From Phaeosaccion multiseriatum (Eukaryota > Protista > Ochrophyta, other classes): a stretch of DNA of 64,000 nt. Both the position numbers and the translations under genes were made by a program. Location of the stretch: contig OZ218958.1 in NCBI GenBank assembly GCA_965112735.1, positions 3,534,001 to 3,598,000 of the forward strand. The letters are read 5' to 3'. The notes under the pieces were generated by a model. That model was not told the DNA's origin. It searched no databases and saw only the letters and a program-made list of their open reading frames with translations. Below are positions 37,401 through 50,013 of this stretch, piece by piece (the stretch's first letter is position 1; each line of letters begins with the position of its first letter).

Positions 37401-39006
37401 GATCCCCCCTCACCTGCAGCAACAACAGCAACAACAGCAACAACAGCAACAACAGCCACAACAGCAGCAACAGCAACAACAGCAACAACAGCCACAACAG
37501 CATGCCCACCTGCCGCCCCCCCATGTGCAACACCCGGCCATGTCTATGTCTGGGGCTTCCCCCCCGGGATGGCCCGCCCCCTCCCTCTCCTCCCACCCCA
37601 ACGCCATGCCCATGCAGGGCGTCCTGCCCGGTGCCCCGCCCCCCCGGGGCGTGGTGATGCCGATGGTGACCATCTCGCCCCCCATGCCGCTCCCCTCCAA
37701 GCCTCCTGCTCTCATCGTAGAGAAGAGCGCGCCTCTGCGGATAGACAAGGTGCGAGGGAGGGGGTGGGGAAGTGATGCTCTTGTCTGTCTGTCTCTCTCT
37801 ACGTGTAGCGGCGAGTGGTGGGCCCGACGCGACTGACTGACGAGCGCCCGCCCCCCCCTCTCCTCTCTCTTCTCTCTGTTTGTGTGTGAACCTCTACCTC
37901 TCTATCGGTATCTTTCTTTCACTCTGTGTCTTACCTCTCCCCCTCTCAGGTGACGGTGGGCGTCATGGTGAGCATGGTCAAGGCTGCCCTCGCTGCCGGG
38001 CACCCCAAGTATGCCCCCATCGACACGTCCAAGCTGCCCGTGCTGCCCGTGGCGCACATGGAGCCAGGCAGGCTGCAGGTGGGGTACTCACTCGACTCAC
38101 TCACTCACTCACTCACTCACTCACTCACGTTCCTCACGCACCCACCTCACTCCCTCGGGAACCCGTTAAGTTCGCCCACTCACGCACCGACTCAATCCTC
38201 ATTCCCTCGTCTTGTTAACCCACCTCACACACTCACACACTCACAACACTCACTCGCTTCACTCCCTCACACTCACTCACTCACTCACACACACACTCAC
38301 TCACCTCACTCACTCACTCACACACCCACCCACTCCCTCACCCCGCTCCCTCCCTCCCTCACTCACTCACTCACTCACTCACTCACTCACCCTTACCACT
38401 CACACACTCACACGCTCACCACCCCACCCGCCCACCCACTGACTTACGCAGGTGCGCTTGAAGCAGTTTTACTCGCAGCTGGAGCGGCCCTCCGATGGCG
38501 GTCACGACACCGCCCCTACTGTAGTGAAGGCGTCGGACTTGTTGCTGCCGCAGGTGAAGGACATTATCAACGGGGCGGGCTTGGGCAGGGACAGCAGGGG
38601 GGAGCGCAGGCGCAGCAGAAGCAGGAGCAGAGAGCGCGACGGCAAGCAGCAGGCAAGAAGAGAGGCAACAAGAGAGGGGCCGCACAGCTCGACCAGCAGT
38701 GGTGGTGGAGGTAGCAGGCAGCAGCAACGGGAGGCGGAGGCAGCGGCCCGAGCAGCAGCAGACGCCGCGGCGGCCGCGAAGCTTGGGGACGACAACATAG
38801 GACACGAGATGCTCAAGCGTATGGGCTGGAGCGGACAGGAGGGCAAGGGGCTCGGGGCTAACGAGGAGGGACGGGCAGACAACATTGCCGACGCGGGACA
38901 GCAGGCGCAGGATAAGACGGGCGTGGGGGGGGCATCAGCCAAGACTGCGGCGGTTGATGCCTACGAGGAGTTCCGGCGGCAGCGCTCCTACACGTACGGC
39001 CGGTAG
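34764..39006 (+). CDS. CHERP: CHERP-like spliceosomal protein (SURP, CID, RS, G-patch); multi-exon
   Basis: SURP VVDKLAPFVVRNGEAF..NPKFSFLFGGEGAAYYRW; CID LDGTRESISSARQW..LHVLYLLNDILF; G-patch NIGHEMLKRMGWSG..GLG; C-terminal DAYEEFRRQRSYTY. Confidence 0.8.
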
Positions 39007-39227
39007 TGCAGGCATGGAGGGGAGAGCTGTTTACTTGATACAGTCTATTAGTCTTAAGACATAACTCCTATTCCCTCGCTCTATGTGTATATAAATGAGT
39101 CACCCCCCACCCCCCCCTTCAACTGTACAATCCCTGGAAGTATCTTTGTCCGGCGGCGATTTGTCACCCCGGACAATGAAGCGCACTCTAAAAACACACG
39201 CCCACCCCCTCCCCCCTCCCATCCACT

Positions 39228-40622
39228 TCACTTGGAGGCGGTCTTTCGAGCCTTGTCCGTGTCCTTGTCCGCCTCTGGGGGGGCCTGCTTGGTCCTGCGT
39301 GAAGGCCGCACCACGGCTTCCGGCTTGGGGATGTCGAGGAGGGTCTTGACTCCCTTGACCATGACATAGCTGTGGTCGTAGTCCGGCGCCCAGTAGTTGT
39401 GTCCACCAGGGCCGTGAACTTGCACACCGCACAGCACGGCGTAGTCCTCCTTCTCGCTGTCAACGGTGCTCTGTAGGTAGCGCTCGATCTGCTGCACGAT
39501 GACGTTCTTGGCGAGCTTGGTAAGCTCCGCCAGGTCCTCGCCGCCCTTGCCCTTGTTGGCGTTGAGCTCCTCGATGAGAATGGCCGACATAGAGGTCATC
39601 TCAAGATCGGGGTCGCTGCAGAAGGAACGAGGGAATGGAAAGGAGAGAGAAAAGGGGGGAGTGTGAGCAAGCACGAATCCCGTGGTGTAGCCCTCAACAT
39701 GACACCCTGCAACTGCCCCGTGCACCCCGCTCCTCTCTCGCACTCACGCCGGCTCGAGCTTGGGCACGTCCAGTGGCGTCTTGCCCTCGCACTTGCTCAG
39801 CTGCCCGTGCAGCCCCGCCAGGGCCCCGCATGCCTTGGAGTGGGCCATCATGTGCTCCCTCTCGCAAGTCCCGAGCTCCCCCTTGGTCCCGATGCCGATG
39901 TGCGGGGCGAAGAAGTACACGTACTTGGGCCGGCAGCCCTCGGGCCCGGTGGTGGGTGCGTGCGCGTGCATGGCGCCGAAGGCCGTGTTGCCAGCGAAGC
40001 AGAGCCCGCCCAGGCCCCGCATGGAGAAGGGCTCCCCGAGCTCCTCCTTGACGAGCCTCACCAAAGTAGTGCAGATTTCGTCACGGCAGACGCCCACGCA
40101 AGGGATGCACGTGTTGTGGGCAAAGCCGTGCGTGCTGAGGGCTGCGGCGGCCAGCTTTACGAACTTGGCCTCCTGTGTGAGTAGCGAGAGGGAGGGGGGA
40201 AAGTCAGTAGCAGCACAGCAGCAGCGGCATAGAGACGGACGGAGCGGGCGGTATTTGTTTTCGTTCCCCACTGTCTCTCCTCTTCTCTTCTTTCAAGGCG
40301 AGCTCGACCTACCTCAAACGCATGGCCGAAGTGCTCCGCAACCTGGTCGTGGAAGCCCGCCGGTGTGCGATTGAAGCTCACGGCCCTTTCCAAGACCCCT
40401 ATCTGCCAATTCCAGTCGGGCAGGCGCAGACGCAGTGAAAAAGAGGCGGTGCGGTGGGAGGGGGGTAAGCAGGCGCAGGAGCAACACGGAAGGTAAAAAA
40501 GAGCATGAAAGGAAGGAGAGAGGCTGGCACCAATAGGCCGGAAGGGCGGCGACGGACAGGGCAACTGCAGGCAGCCACAGCGCAGTGCGCATCCTCACCT
40601 TTTCCTCCCCATCCTTGCTCAT
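39228..40622 (-). CDS. LCIB/LCIC-like theta-type carbonic anhydrase, copy 1 (4 exons)
   Basis: CRDE, FSMRGLGGLCFAGNTAFGAMHAHAP, FFAPHIGI, SKACGAL, DYAVLCGVQVHGP: LCIB-family motifs including the Cys/His/Cys Zn ligands. Confidence 0.85.
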
Positions 40623-41074
40623 CGTCGTCCTTGCCTTCGCTGTCGTACTCAGCTCAAAGATAGTAGTGAGTGAGGAGGAGTGAGGCCAATGCAAGACAGG
40701 GAGTATGATGTAAAAGCAACCAGGAGGCTATAATGCAAGGCAGGGAGTATGATGTCAGATGGAGGGGGCAGAGAGGATATTGGAAAACTCTCCCAATCGT
40801 ATCCCCCGCCTTCCAACAGTGTCCAATTTAAGGTGCGTACTTTTTTACGTAACGCCGATTTGACCCGATTTTCGATGTCCAAAATGAGAGGCAGATGGCT
40901 TCACATATTGGAACCCAGCCGTCCGGAGCTCCCCGTGTCGTCATTGCGTCACTAACGGGCGGATGTCGAGGATGCTGACGCCATTATGATACGCTTGTAC
41001 TGAATACTGAGTCGACCCACCCGACGAATGAAGATGGTGCGGTGCGTTTCACCCCCCCCCACATCCTCGCTGAG

Positions 41075-41250
41075 ATCGGACAGGAGGGCAAGGGGCTCGG
41101 GGTTAACGAGAAGGGACGGGCAGACAACATTGCCGACGCGGGACAGCAGGCGCAGGATAAGACGCGTGGGGGGGGCATCCGCTAAGGCTGCGGCGGCTGA
41201 TGCCTACGAGCAGTTCCGCGCGGCAGCGCTCCTGCACGTACGGCCGGTAG
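41075..41250 (+). pseudogene. Duplicated 3' fragment of the CHERP-like gene (G-patch tail), frameshifted
   Basis: GQEGKGLGVNEKGRADNIADAGQQAQDK, near-identical to 38832-39006. Confidence 0.85.
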
Positions 41251-41490
41251 TGCAGGCATGCAGGTGCGAGCTGTTTAGATGATACAGTCCATTAGTCTAC
41301 AACATTACTCCTACATACTCGCTACATAAATAAGCGAGTTAAAACATCCCTTCCCCCCTTCAACTGTACAATCCTGACAAGTGTCTCTTTGTCCGGCGGC
41401 GATTTGTCACCCCGGACGGCGATTTGTCACCCCGGACAATGAAGCGCACTCTAAAAACACACGCCCACCCCCTCCCCCCTCCCATCCACT

Positions 41491-42920
41491 TCACTTGGAG
41501 GCGGTCTTTCGAGCCTTGTCCGTGTCCTTGTCCGCCTCTGGGAGGGCCTGCTTGGTCCTGCGTGAAGGCCGCACCACGGCTTCCGGCTTGGGGATGTCGA
41601 GGAGGGTCTTGACTCCCTTGACCATGACGTAGCTGTGCTCGTAGTCCGGCGCCCAGTAGTTGTGTCTGCCCGGGCCGTGAACTTGCACACCGCACAGCAC
41701 GGCGTAGTCCTCCTTCTCGCTGTCAACGGTGCTCTGCAGGTAGCGCTCGATCTGCTTCACAATGACGTTCTTGGCGAGCTTGGTGAGCTCCGCCAGGTCC
41801 TCGCCGCCCTTGCCCTTGTTGGCGTTGAGCGCCTCGATGAGCATGGCCGACAGAGCCGTCATCTCAAGGTCAGGGTCGCTGCAGAAGGAACGAGCGAATG
41901 CGAAGAGAAAAGGATATGAGGGGGGGAGTGTGAGCAAGCACGAATCCCGCAGTGTAGCCCTCAACATGACACCCTGTCTCTTCCCCGTCCATCCCGCTCC
42001 TCTCTCGCACTCACCTCGTCTCGAGCTTGGGCACGTCCAGTGGCGTCTTGCCCTCGCACTTGCTCAGCTGCCCGTGCAGCCCCGCCAGAGCCCCGCATGC
42101 CTTGGAGTGGGACTTCATGTGCTCCCTCTCGCAAGTCCCGAGCTCCCCCTTGGCCCCAATGCCGATGTGCGGGGCGAAGAAGTACACGTACTTGGGCCGG
42201 CAGCCCTCGGGCCCGGTGGTGGGTGCGTGCGCGTGCATGGCGCCGAAGGCCGTGTTGCCAGCGAAGCAGAGCCCGCCCAGGCCCCTCATGGAGAAGGGCT
42301 CCCCGAGCTCCTCCTTGACGAGCCTCAACAAAGTAGTGCAGATCTCGTCGCGGCAGACGCCCACGCAAGGGATGCACGTGTTGTGGGCAAAGCCGTGCGT
42401 CCTGAGGGCCGCGGCGGCCAGCTTTACGAACTTGGCCTCCTGTATGAGTAGCGAGAGGGAGCGGGGAAAGTCAGTAGCAGCACAGCAGCAGCGGTATAGA
42501 GACGGACGGAGCGGGTGGTATCTTCCTTTCGTTCCCCACTCTCAATCCTCAAAGGCGAGCTCGCCCTACCTCAAACGCATGGCCAAAGTGCTCCGCAACC
42601 TTGTCGTGGAAGCCCGCCGGTGTGCGGTCGAAGCTGAAAGCCCTTTGCAAGAACTCCATCTGCAAATCCACGCAGTGAAAATGAGGCGGTGGGGTGGGAG
42701 GGGGACTAAGTAGGCGCGGGAGCAAAACGAAAGGTAAAGAAAGCAGGAAAAGAAAGAGGGAGGGGAGAAGGATAGGTCGCAAGGGCGGCGGCGGACAGAG
42801 GGGCCGCAGGCAGCCAAAGCGTTGTGTGCGCATCCTCACCTTCTTCTTCACATCCTTGCTCATCGTCGTCGTCATTGCCGTCGTCGTCGTCGTCCTCTCC
42901 GTCGCCATTGAAGTTGCCAT
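41491..42920 (-). CDS. LCIB-like theta-type carbonic anhydrase, copy 2
   Basis: Same motifs and intron positions as copy 1; N-terminus MATSMATERTTTTTAMTTTMSKDVKKK. Confidence 0.85.
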
Positions 42921-43324
42921 TGTCCGTTTGCAGCCGTAGACCTCTGTTCGGGTGTGAAGGGTTTATGGTAGCGCGTCGCAGAAAGGTAAGCAGCTCAAAG
43001 CAGCTCAAAGATAACAGTGAGTGAGGAGGAGTGAGGCTAAGGCAAGGCAGGGACTATAATATCAGGTGGAGGTAAATTGATTGATCCCCCTTCCCCTCCA
43101 AAAAAAGCAGACAGTGTCCAGTTTCAGCGCGCTGTCCGCTTCTAAACGGCAGCTGGCCGGCCAACCGCCAACAAAATGGAAGGCTCTTGCGCCCGGAACT
43201 CCGTATAATTGCGTCACCAATGGGCGGTGTTGACGATGCTGACGCCATTATGATACAGCTTAGTACTGAGTCGACGAAGATGGCACCCCCCTCTAGGAGA
43301 GCCGACAGGAGGGCAGAAGGCCCC

Positions 43325-43596
43325 GGCCGCTCCCCTGACGTGATACCGGCCGAGCGATTCTCGGTAGCAGCAGCCATCATGCTACCGGGCCCTCCAGGTC
43401 CGGGCCGGTAGCAGCCACGCTACTGGAAATCGGCCGGTAGCAGGTAGCACAGGACGCCGGCTGGCGCCGGCAGTAGCAGGGGCAGGGAGCACGTTGGCTG
43501 ACGCCGACGGTAGCTTGTAGGTGGTAGCGTGGTAGCAAGCCGGCTGACGCCGGCGATAGTAGGCCTACAGGTAGCTGGTGACACCTCAGTGGTCGA
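43325..43596. mobile_element. Degenerate insertion of about 270 bp, related to the 19315-19441 MITE
   Basis: Interrupts the CHERP-tail copy between GACAGGAGGGCA and GCTAACGAGGAGGG. Ends CCCCTGACGTGATACC ... GGTGACACCTCAGTGGTCGA; shares the internal GCTG(G/A)CGCCGGC..TAG motif with the MITE. Confidence 0.5.
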
Positions 43597-43599
43597 GTA

Positions 43600-43755
43600 G
43601 CTAACGAGGAGGGACAGGCAGCCAGACAACATGCTGAAGCGGGACAGCAGGCGCAGGACAAGACGGTCGTGGGGGGGGCATCAGCCAAGACTGGCGGTTG
43701 ATGCCTACTACGAGCAGTTCCGGCGGCAGCGCTCCTACACGTACGGCCGGTAGTG
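43600..43755 (+). pseudogene. Second duplicated CHERP 3' fragment
   Basis: Degenerate match to 38856-39010. Confidence 0.8.
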
Positions 43756-43976
43756 CAGGCATGGAGGGGAGAGCTGTTTACTTGATACAGTCCATTGGTC
43801 TACAACATTAAAATTAAAACGTCCTACTCGCTCTATATGTATATAAATGACTCAACCCCTCCCCAAAAACTGCTGTACAATCCTTACAAGTGTCTTTGTC
43901 CGGCGGCGACTTGTCACCCCGGACTGGTTAGCGCACTCTAAAACACACGCGCACCCCCTCCCCCCTCCCATCCACT

Positions 43977-45388
43977 TCACTTGGAGACGGTCTTTCGAGC
44001 CTTGTCCGTGTCCTTGTCCGCCTCTGGGGGGGCCTGCTTGGTCCTGCGTGAAGGCCGCACCACGGCTTCCGGCTTGGGGATGTCGAGGAGGGTCTTGACT
44101 CCCTCGACCATGACGTAGCTGTGCTCGTAGTCCGGCGCCCAGTAGTTGTGTCCGCCCGGGCCGTGAACTTGCACACCGCACAGCACGGCGTAGTCCTCCT
44201 TCTCGCTGTCAACGGTGCTCTGCAGGTAGCGCTCGATCTGCTGCACGATGACGTTCTTGGCGAGCTTGGTGAGCTCCGCCAGGTCCTCGCCGCCCTTGCC
44301 CTTGTTGGCGTTGAGCGCCTCGATGAGCATGGCCGACAGAGCCGTCATCTCAAGGTCAGGGTCGCTGCAGAAGGAACGAGCGAATGGGAAGAGAAAAGGA
44401 TATGAGGGGGGGATTGGGAGCAAGCACGAATCCCGCAGTGCAGCCCTCAACATGACACCCTGCCTCTGCCCCGTCCATCCCGCTCCTCTCTCGCACTCAC
44501 TTCGTCTCGAGCTTGGGCACGTCCAGTGGCGTCTTGCCCTCGCACTTGCTCAGCTGCCCGTGCAGCCCCGCCAGAGCCCCGCATGCCTTGGAGTGGGCCT
44601 TCATGTGCTCCCTCTCGCAAGTCCCGAGCTCCCCCTTGGCCCCGATGCCGATGTGCGGGGCGAAGAAATACACGTACTTGGGCCGGCAGCCCTCGGGCCC
44701 GGTGGTGGGTGCGTGCGCGTGCATGGCGCCGAAGGCCGTGTTGCCAGCGAAGCAGAGCCCGCCCAGGCCCCTCATGGAGAAGGGCTCCCCGAGCTCCTCC
44801 TTGACGAGCCTCAACAAAGTAGTGCAGATCTCGTCGCGGCAGACGCCCACGCAAGGGATGCACGTGTTGTGGGCAAAGCCGTGCGTGCTGAGGGCTGCGG
44901 CGGCCAGCTTTACGAACTTGGCCTCCTGTATGAGTAGCGAGAGGGAGCGGGGAAAGTCAGTAGCAGCACAGCAGCAGCGGCATAGAGACGGACGGAGCGG
45001 GCGGTATCTTCCTTTCGTTCCCCACTCTCACTCCTCAAAGGCGAGCTCGACCTACCTCAAACGCATGGCCAAAGTGCTCCGCAACCTTGTCGTGGAAGCC
45101 CGGCGGTGTGCGTTCGAAGCTGAAAGCCCTTTGCAAGAACTCCATCTACCAAATCCAATCAGGCAGGCGCAGTAAAAAGAGTGGTGGGGTGGAACGGTGG
45201 GTAAGCGGGCGGCAGAACGGAAGGGAACGACAGAGGGTGGCACCGATAGGTCGCAAGGGCGGCGTGGACAGAGAGGGGCCACAGGCAGCCACAGCCACCA
45301 GCGCTGTGCGCATCCTCACCTTCTTCCTCCTCATCGTCGTTGCCGTCCCCGTCGCCGTCGTCCTCTCCGTCGCCATTGAAGTTGCCAT
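43977..45388 (-). CDS. LCIB-like theta-type carbonic anhydrase, copy 3
   Basis: Same motifs and introns; N-terminus MATSMATERTTATGTATTMRRKK. Confidence 0.85.
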
Positions 45389-45686
45389 TGTCCGTTTAGT
45401 ACAGCCGGTGTAGTAGCCAGAGCGTCGTTCGGGTGTGAAGGGTTTATGGTAGTAGCAGTAGTAGGGCGTTGAATTGTAGTGGCTGATTGAGGAGGAGTGA
45501 GGCAAGTCAGGATTGATGTTGATGATGTCAGGTGGGAGGGTGGAAGCGGGAGAGAGGAATAAAATAAAGCCATTGAATAAATAACCCGCCGCCAGGGGCC
45601 TCCACGGGGTCAAGCAGCAACTTCCAGACAGTTTCAGTTTCAGCGCGCTGTCCACTTTTCGCGCCGATTTTGCCAAAATCATCGAC

Positions 45687-48072
45687 CACATGCACGCCGG
45701 CCGCTCGGCCGATCTGGGCCTAGGCCGGCGGCCTCTAGCCCGCCTCTAGTTAGACAGCCTTTAGGCAGCCACTAGACAGCCTCCGCCCCCCTGACCGCGG
45801 CCGGCCGGCCGGCCCGCCCAGCCAGTGGTAGCAGCACAACTGTAGGCTAGGCATGCACTCCTCGCAGGGCAGCCAGGCGAGGCGGAAAGAGACAACACGA
45901 ACCCAGTCTACTCCTCAGTTCCAATCCCATATATTGGCTTGCTTAAAGTGACTACTATGTGCACTCTGGTGGGCACTCCCACCGTCCTCCCGGTCCTGCT
46001 GGCTGGCTGGCTGGAGGGAAGGTCGAGGCAACGAAGGTAGTACTCTCTTCCGCAGGTGCCCTCGTTGTGGCAGATAATGGTGTTGCTCGGGTTGGTACTC
46101 TGCGACAGATGTTGCTTGCAGAAGGTTTCCTTGGCAGCAGCCATTGACTTGGTTCTTGGCTTGGGCTGGCTGTTTAGTTCCTCCTTCCTCGCAAGTGCCT
46201 GGCTGGCTCGCTGGGCCTGTAGCTACCAGCGCTCGTACCGGTGCGGCATAGTTTTGACCCCTTCTTACCCGACCCTTCGAGCTGACTTCCCTAGGGAGGT
46301 GCGCGTGGTCCCCTCTGTCGCTACCCTCATCGCTACTCTCCCCTTCGTTACACTCCCTCCGCTCCCTGCCTCTAGCTACTGCCTCGCTCCCTCGCTCCCG
46401 TCCTCCGTCCTCACTGCTATCGCTCACGCCTTGACTTGCGCGTCCATTGCTTCTGCCCAGGTCTTGAGACAAGGCGCCGTCTTCACCTTCCTATTGGCTG
46501 ACGAGAGTGCTGTACTCTTCGAACTGCTCTGTCGAGATGCAAAAGCTCTCCAGCCATGGTTGTTGTCGGGCCCCCAGTGGCGTTGCTGTACAAGAAGGCC
46601 TGGAAACTGACCGCTGAAACGAGCTCAAAAGCATACTCAATGTTGCCATCGCCAGCGTCGCCTCCATCGTCAACTTTGCTCTCAGCCAACTTTGTCGAAG
46701 CCGCGAATCTGAGGCTTGTTGGGCTTGATGTACTTGCTTGCGCTGTTTCCTGCTTGGTGCGCCCCCCTCTCTTCCATGACACGTCAACACATGCTCCAAC
46801 AAGAGCTCAGCAAGATAAAAAGGCTGATCAGCACCCTTCTCCGCCTTTGCTTACCACGTACACTTGATGGGCCCTGGGCTGAGCAAAAGCTTCTTCGATT
46901 GCTGCTTCCTCTGTGTAAGAGCACTGCCGGCCGAGCGGGCCTGGCTGGTTGCTTGCCTCTTCTTGCCTGCCCCCCCCCTTCCCTTGAGCATCCTCTGCTG
47001 CTTTCGCCTGCGCTGTTTGCTCCACGATGCATGGCGAGAGGGGCGGTGCCTTGCTGAAAACACCCATGTTCAGTGACTCTCTTCTGTTTGGCAGAGGCCT
47101 AACCCTAACCCTTCGCCACATCTCTCAGAGCTCTCAATTGCGTTATTCCCTCACTTCTCTACTCATTTGATAAAGTCGGCTTTGGAGAGCCCTTTCGTCT
47201 GCGGGCAGTATGTAGGACAACAGTTAGGAAGGGAAGGGTGTATTGTGAAGGTCCGAGTACAGTGAAGGGTGGACTCACCCACTCACTCACACACACACAC
47301 CCACTCACACACACACCCACTCACTCACTCACTCGCTGTCTCAATTACTCACTCACCTACTCACTCTCCCTCACTCACTCACTCACTCACTCACTCACTC
47401 ACTCACTCACTCTCCCACTTACTCACCCACTCAAATCACTCACTCACCCACTCACTCACCCACTCACTCCCTCTCCCACTCACTCACTACCTCACTCCCT
47501 CTCCCACTCACTCACTGCCTCACTCCCTCCCCAACTCACTCACTACCTCCCTCCCTCCCCCTTTCACTCACTACCTCACTCCCTCGCCCGCTCACTCACT
47601 TTCTCACTCACCCACTCACCCACTCACCCACTCACTCACTCACTCGCTCACTCACTCACTCACTCACTCACTCACTCACTCACTCACTCACTCACTCACT
47701 CACTCACTCACTCACTCACTCACTCACTCACTCACTCACTCACTCACTCACTCACCTCCCAGCCACCCAAAGGAAGTGTACCCTCTCACTGACCTTATGT
47801 ACAGGGTTCCACGCCAGCGGCGACAGGGGCCTGGCTGCTTGCAGGTGTGGTAGCCTCTCCCATGCTGTCGGCTCTTCTGCGAGGCCGGATAGTCCCATGA
47901 GAGCGCTGAGCTCTCCTTCTTCGTCCGCTCACGGATCGACATTCCTCTTTTTTTCTCCATGTGCCTCAGAAGAGTGAGATGCCCGTCCTTCTCCCGGCCG
48001 CCCTACTAGGCGCCGGTAGGCGCCGGACAATTCTCCCAATAGGCCTTGGGCGCGAGGCTAGGCGTGCATGTG
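45687..48072. mobile_element. Putative 2.4-kb non-autonomous DNA transposon with 12-bp CACATGCACGCC TIRs
   Basis: CACATGCACGCC at 45687-45698 and GGCGTGCATGTG at 48061-48072. The flanks resemble the uninterrupted copy1/copy2 spacer. Interior holds broken ORFs and (ACTC)n. No TSD seen. Confidence 0.5.
47272..47756. repeat. (ACTC)n microsatellite
   Basis: Directly visible. Confidence 0.95.
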
Positions 48073-48164
48073 CGTGTGACACGTCAGTGGCAGATAGCTT
48101 CACAGCCAACCACCCGACGAATGAAGATGGTGCGGTGCGTTTCACCCCCCCCCACATCCTCGCT

Positions 48165-48309
48165 GAGATCGGACAGGAGGGCAAGGGGCTCGGGGTTAAC
48201 GAGAAGGGACGGGCAGACAACATTGCCGACGCGGGACAGCAGGCGCAGGACAAGACGCGTGGGGGGGGCATCCGCTAAGGCTGCGGCGGCTGATGCCTAC
48301 GAGGAGTAG
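48165..48309 (+). pseudogene. Third duplicated CHERP 3' fragment
   Basis: Nearly identical to 41075-41210. Confidence 0.85.
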
Positions 48310-48586
48310 GGATGGAGGGAAAAGGTGTTACTTGTTACTTGGTTCTAAAACATTAAAATTAAAAAAAAAAATCCTACTCGCTCGGTATGTATATAAATGA
48401 GTCAACCCCCGCCCGCCCAAAACTGCTGTACAATCGTTACAAAAAGATACAAAAATGTCCCTGTCCGGCGGCGATTTGTCACCCCGGACCATTGTATGTA
48501 GCGCCTTCAAAAACCCATGCCCACCCCCTCCCCCCTCCCCTCTCCCTTCTTTGTATCAAAACTCCCCCTCCCCCCTCCCATCCACT

Positions 48587-50013
48587 TCACTTGGAGGCGG
48601 TCTTTCGAGCCCTGTCCGTGTCCTTGTCCGCCTCTGGGGGGGCCTGCTTGGTCCTGCGTGAAGGCCGCACCACGGCTTCCGGCTTGGGGATGTCGAGGAG
48701 GGTCTTAACTCCCTCGACCATGACGTAGCTGTGGTCGTAGTCCGGCGCCCAGTAGTTGTGTCCGCCCGGGCCGTGAACTTGCACACCGCACAGCACGGCG
48801 TAGTCCTCCTTCTCGCTGTCAACGGTGCTCTGCAGGTAGCGCTCGATCTGCTGCACGATGACGTTCTTGGCGAGCTTGGTGAGCTCCGCCAGGTCCTCGC
48901 CGCCCTTGCCCTTCTTGGCGTTGAGCGCCTCGATGAGCATGGCCGACAGAGCCGTCATCTCAAGGTCAGGGTCGCTGCAGAAGGAACGAGCGAATGCGAA
49001 GAGAAAAAGGATATGAGGGGGGGAGTGGGAGCAAGCACGAATCCCGCAGTGTAGCCCTCAACATGACACCCTGCCTCTGCCCCGTCCATCCCGCTCCTCT
49101 CTCGCACTCACCTCGTCTCGAGCTTGGGCACGTCCAGTGGCGTCTTGCCCTCGCACTTGCTCAGCTGCCCGTGCAGCCCCGCCAGAGCCCCGCACGCCTT
49201 GGAGTGGGACTTCATGTGCTCCCTCTCGCAAGTCCCGAGCTCCCCCTTGGCCCCAATGCCGATGTGCGGGGCGAAGAAGTACACGTACTTGGGCCGGCAG
49301 CCCTCGGGCCCGGTGGTGGGTGCGTGCGCGTGCATGGCGCCGAAGGCCGTGTTGCCAGCGAAGCAGAGCCCGCCCAGGCCCCTCATGGAGAAGGGCTCCC
49401 CGAGCTCCTCCTTGACGAGCCTCACCAAAGTAGTGCAGATTTCGTCACGGCAGACGCCCACGCAAGGGATGCACGTGTTGTGGGCAAAGCCGTGCGTCCT
49501 GAGGGCTGCGGCGGCCAGCTTTACGAACTTGGCCTCCTGTATGAGTAGCGAGAGGGAGGGGGGAAAGTCAGTAGCAGCACAGCAGCAGCGGCATAGAGAC
49601 GGACGGAGCGGGCGGTATCTTCCTTTCGTTCCCCACTCTCACTCCTCTTGTCCCCTTCGAAGGCGAGCTCGACCTACCTCAAACGCATGGCCGAAGTGCT
49701 CCGCAACCTGGTCGTGGAAGCCCGGCGGCGTGCGTTCGAAGCTGAAAGCCCTTTGCAAGAACTCCATCTACCAGATCCAATCAGGCAGGCGCAGTAAAAA
49801 AGAGGTGGGGGGGGGAAGGGGGGTAAGCGGGCGGCAGAACGGAAGGTGGAAGACAACAGGAAGGGAAGGACAGCAAGCAAACAGCAAGGTGGACAGAGGG
49901 GTCAGCCAGCCATTGGTTGGCAGCCACAGCGCTGTGCGCATCCTCACCTTCTTCCTCCTCATCGTTGTTGCCGTCCCCGTCGCCGTCGTTTTCGTCGCCA
50001 TTGCAGGTGCCAT
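48587..50013 (-). CDS. LCIB-like theta-type carbonic anhydrase, copy 4
   Basis: Same motifs and introns; N-terminus MAPAMATKTTATGTATTMRRKK. Confidence 0.85.
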
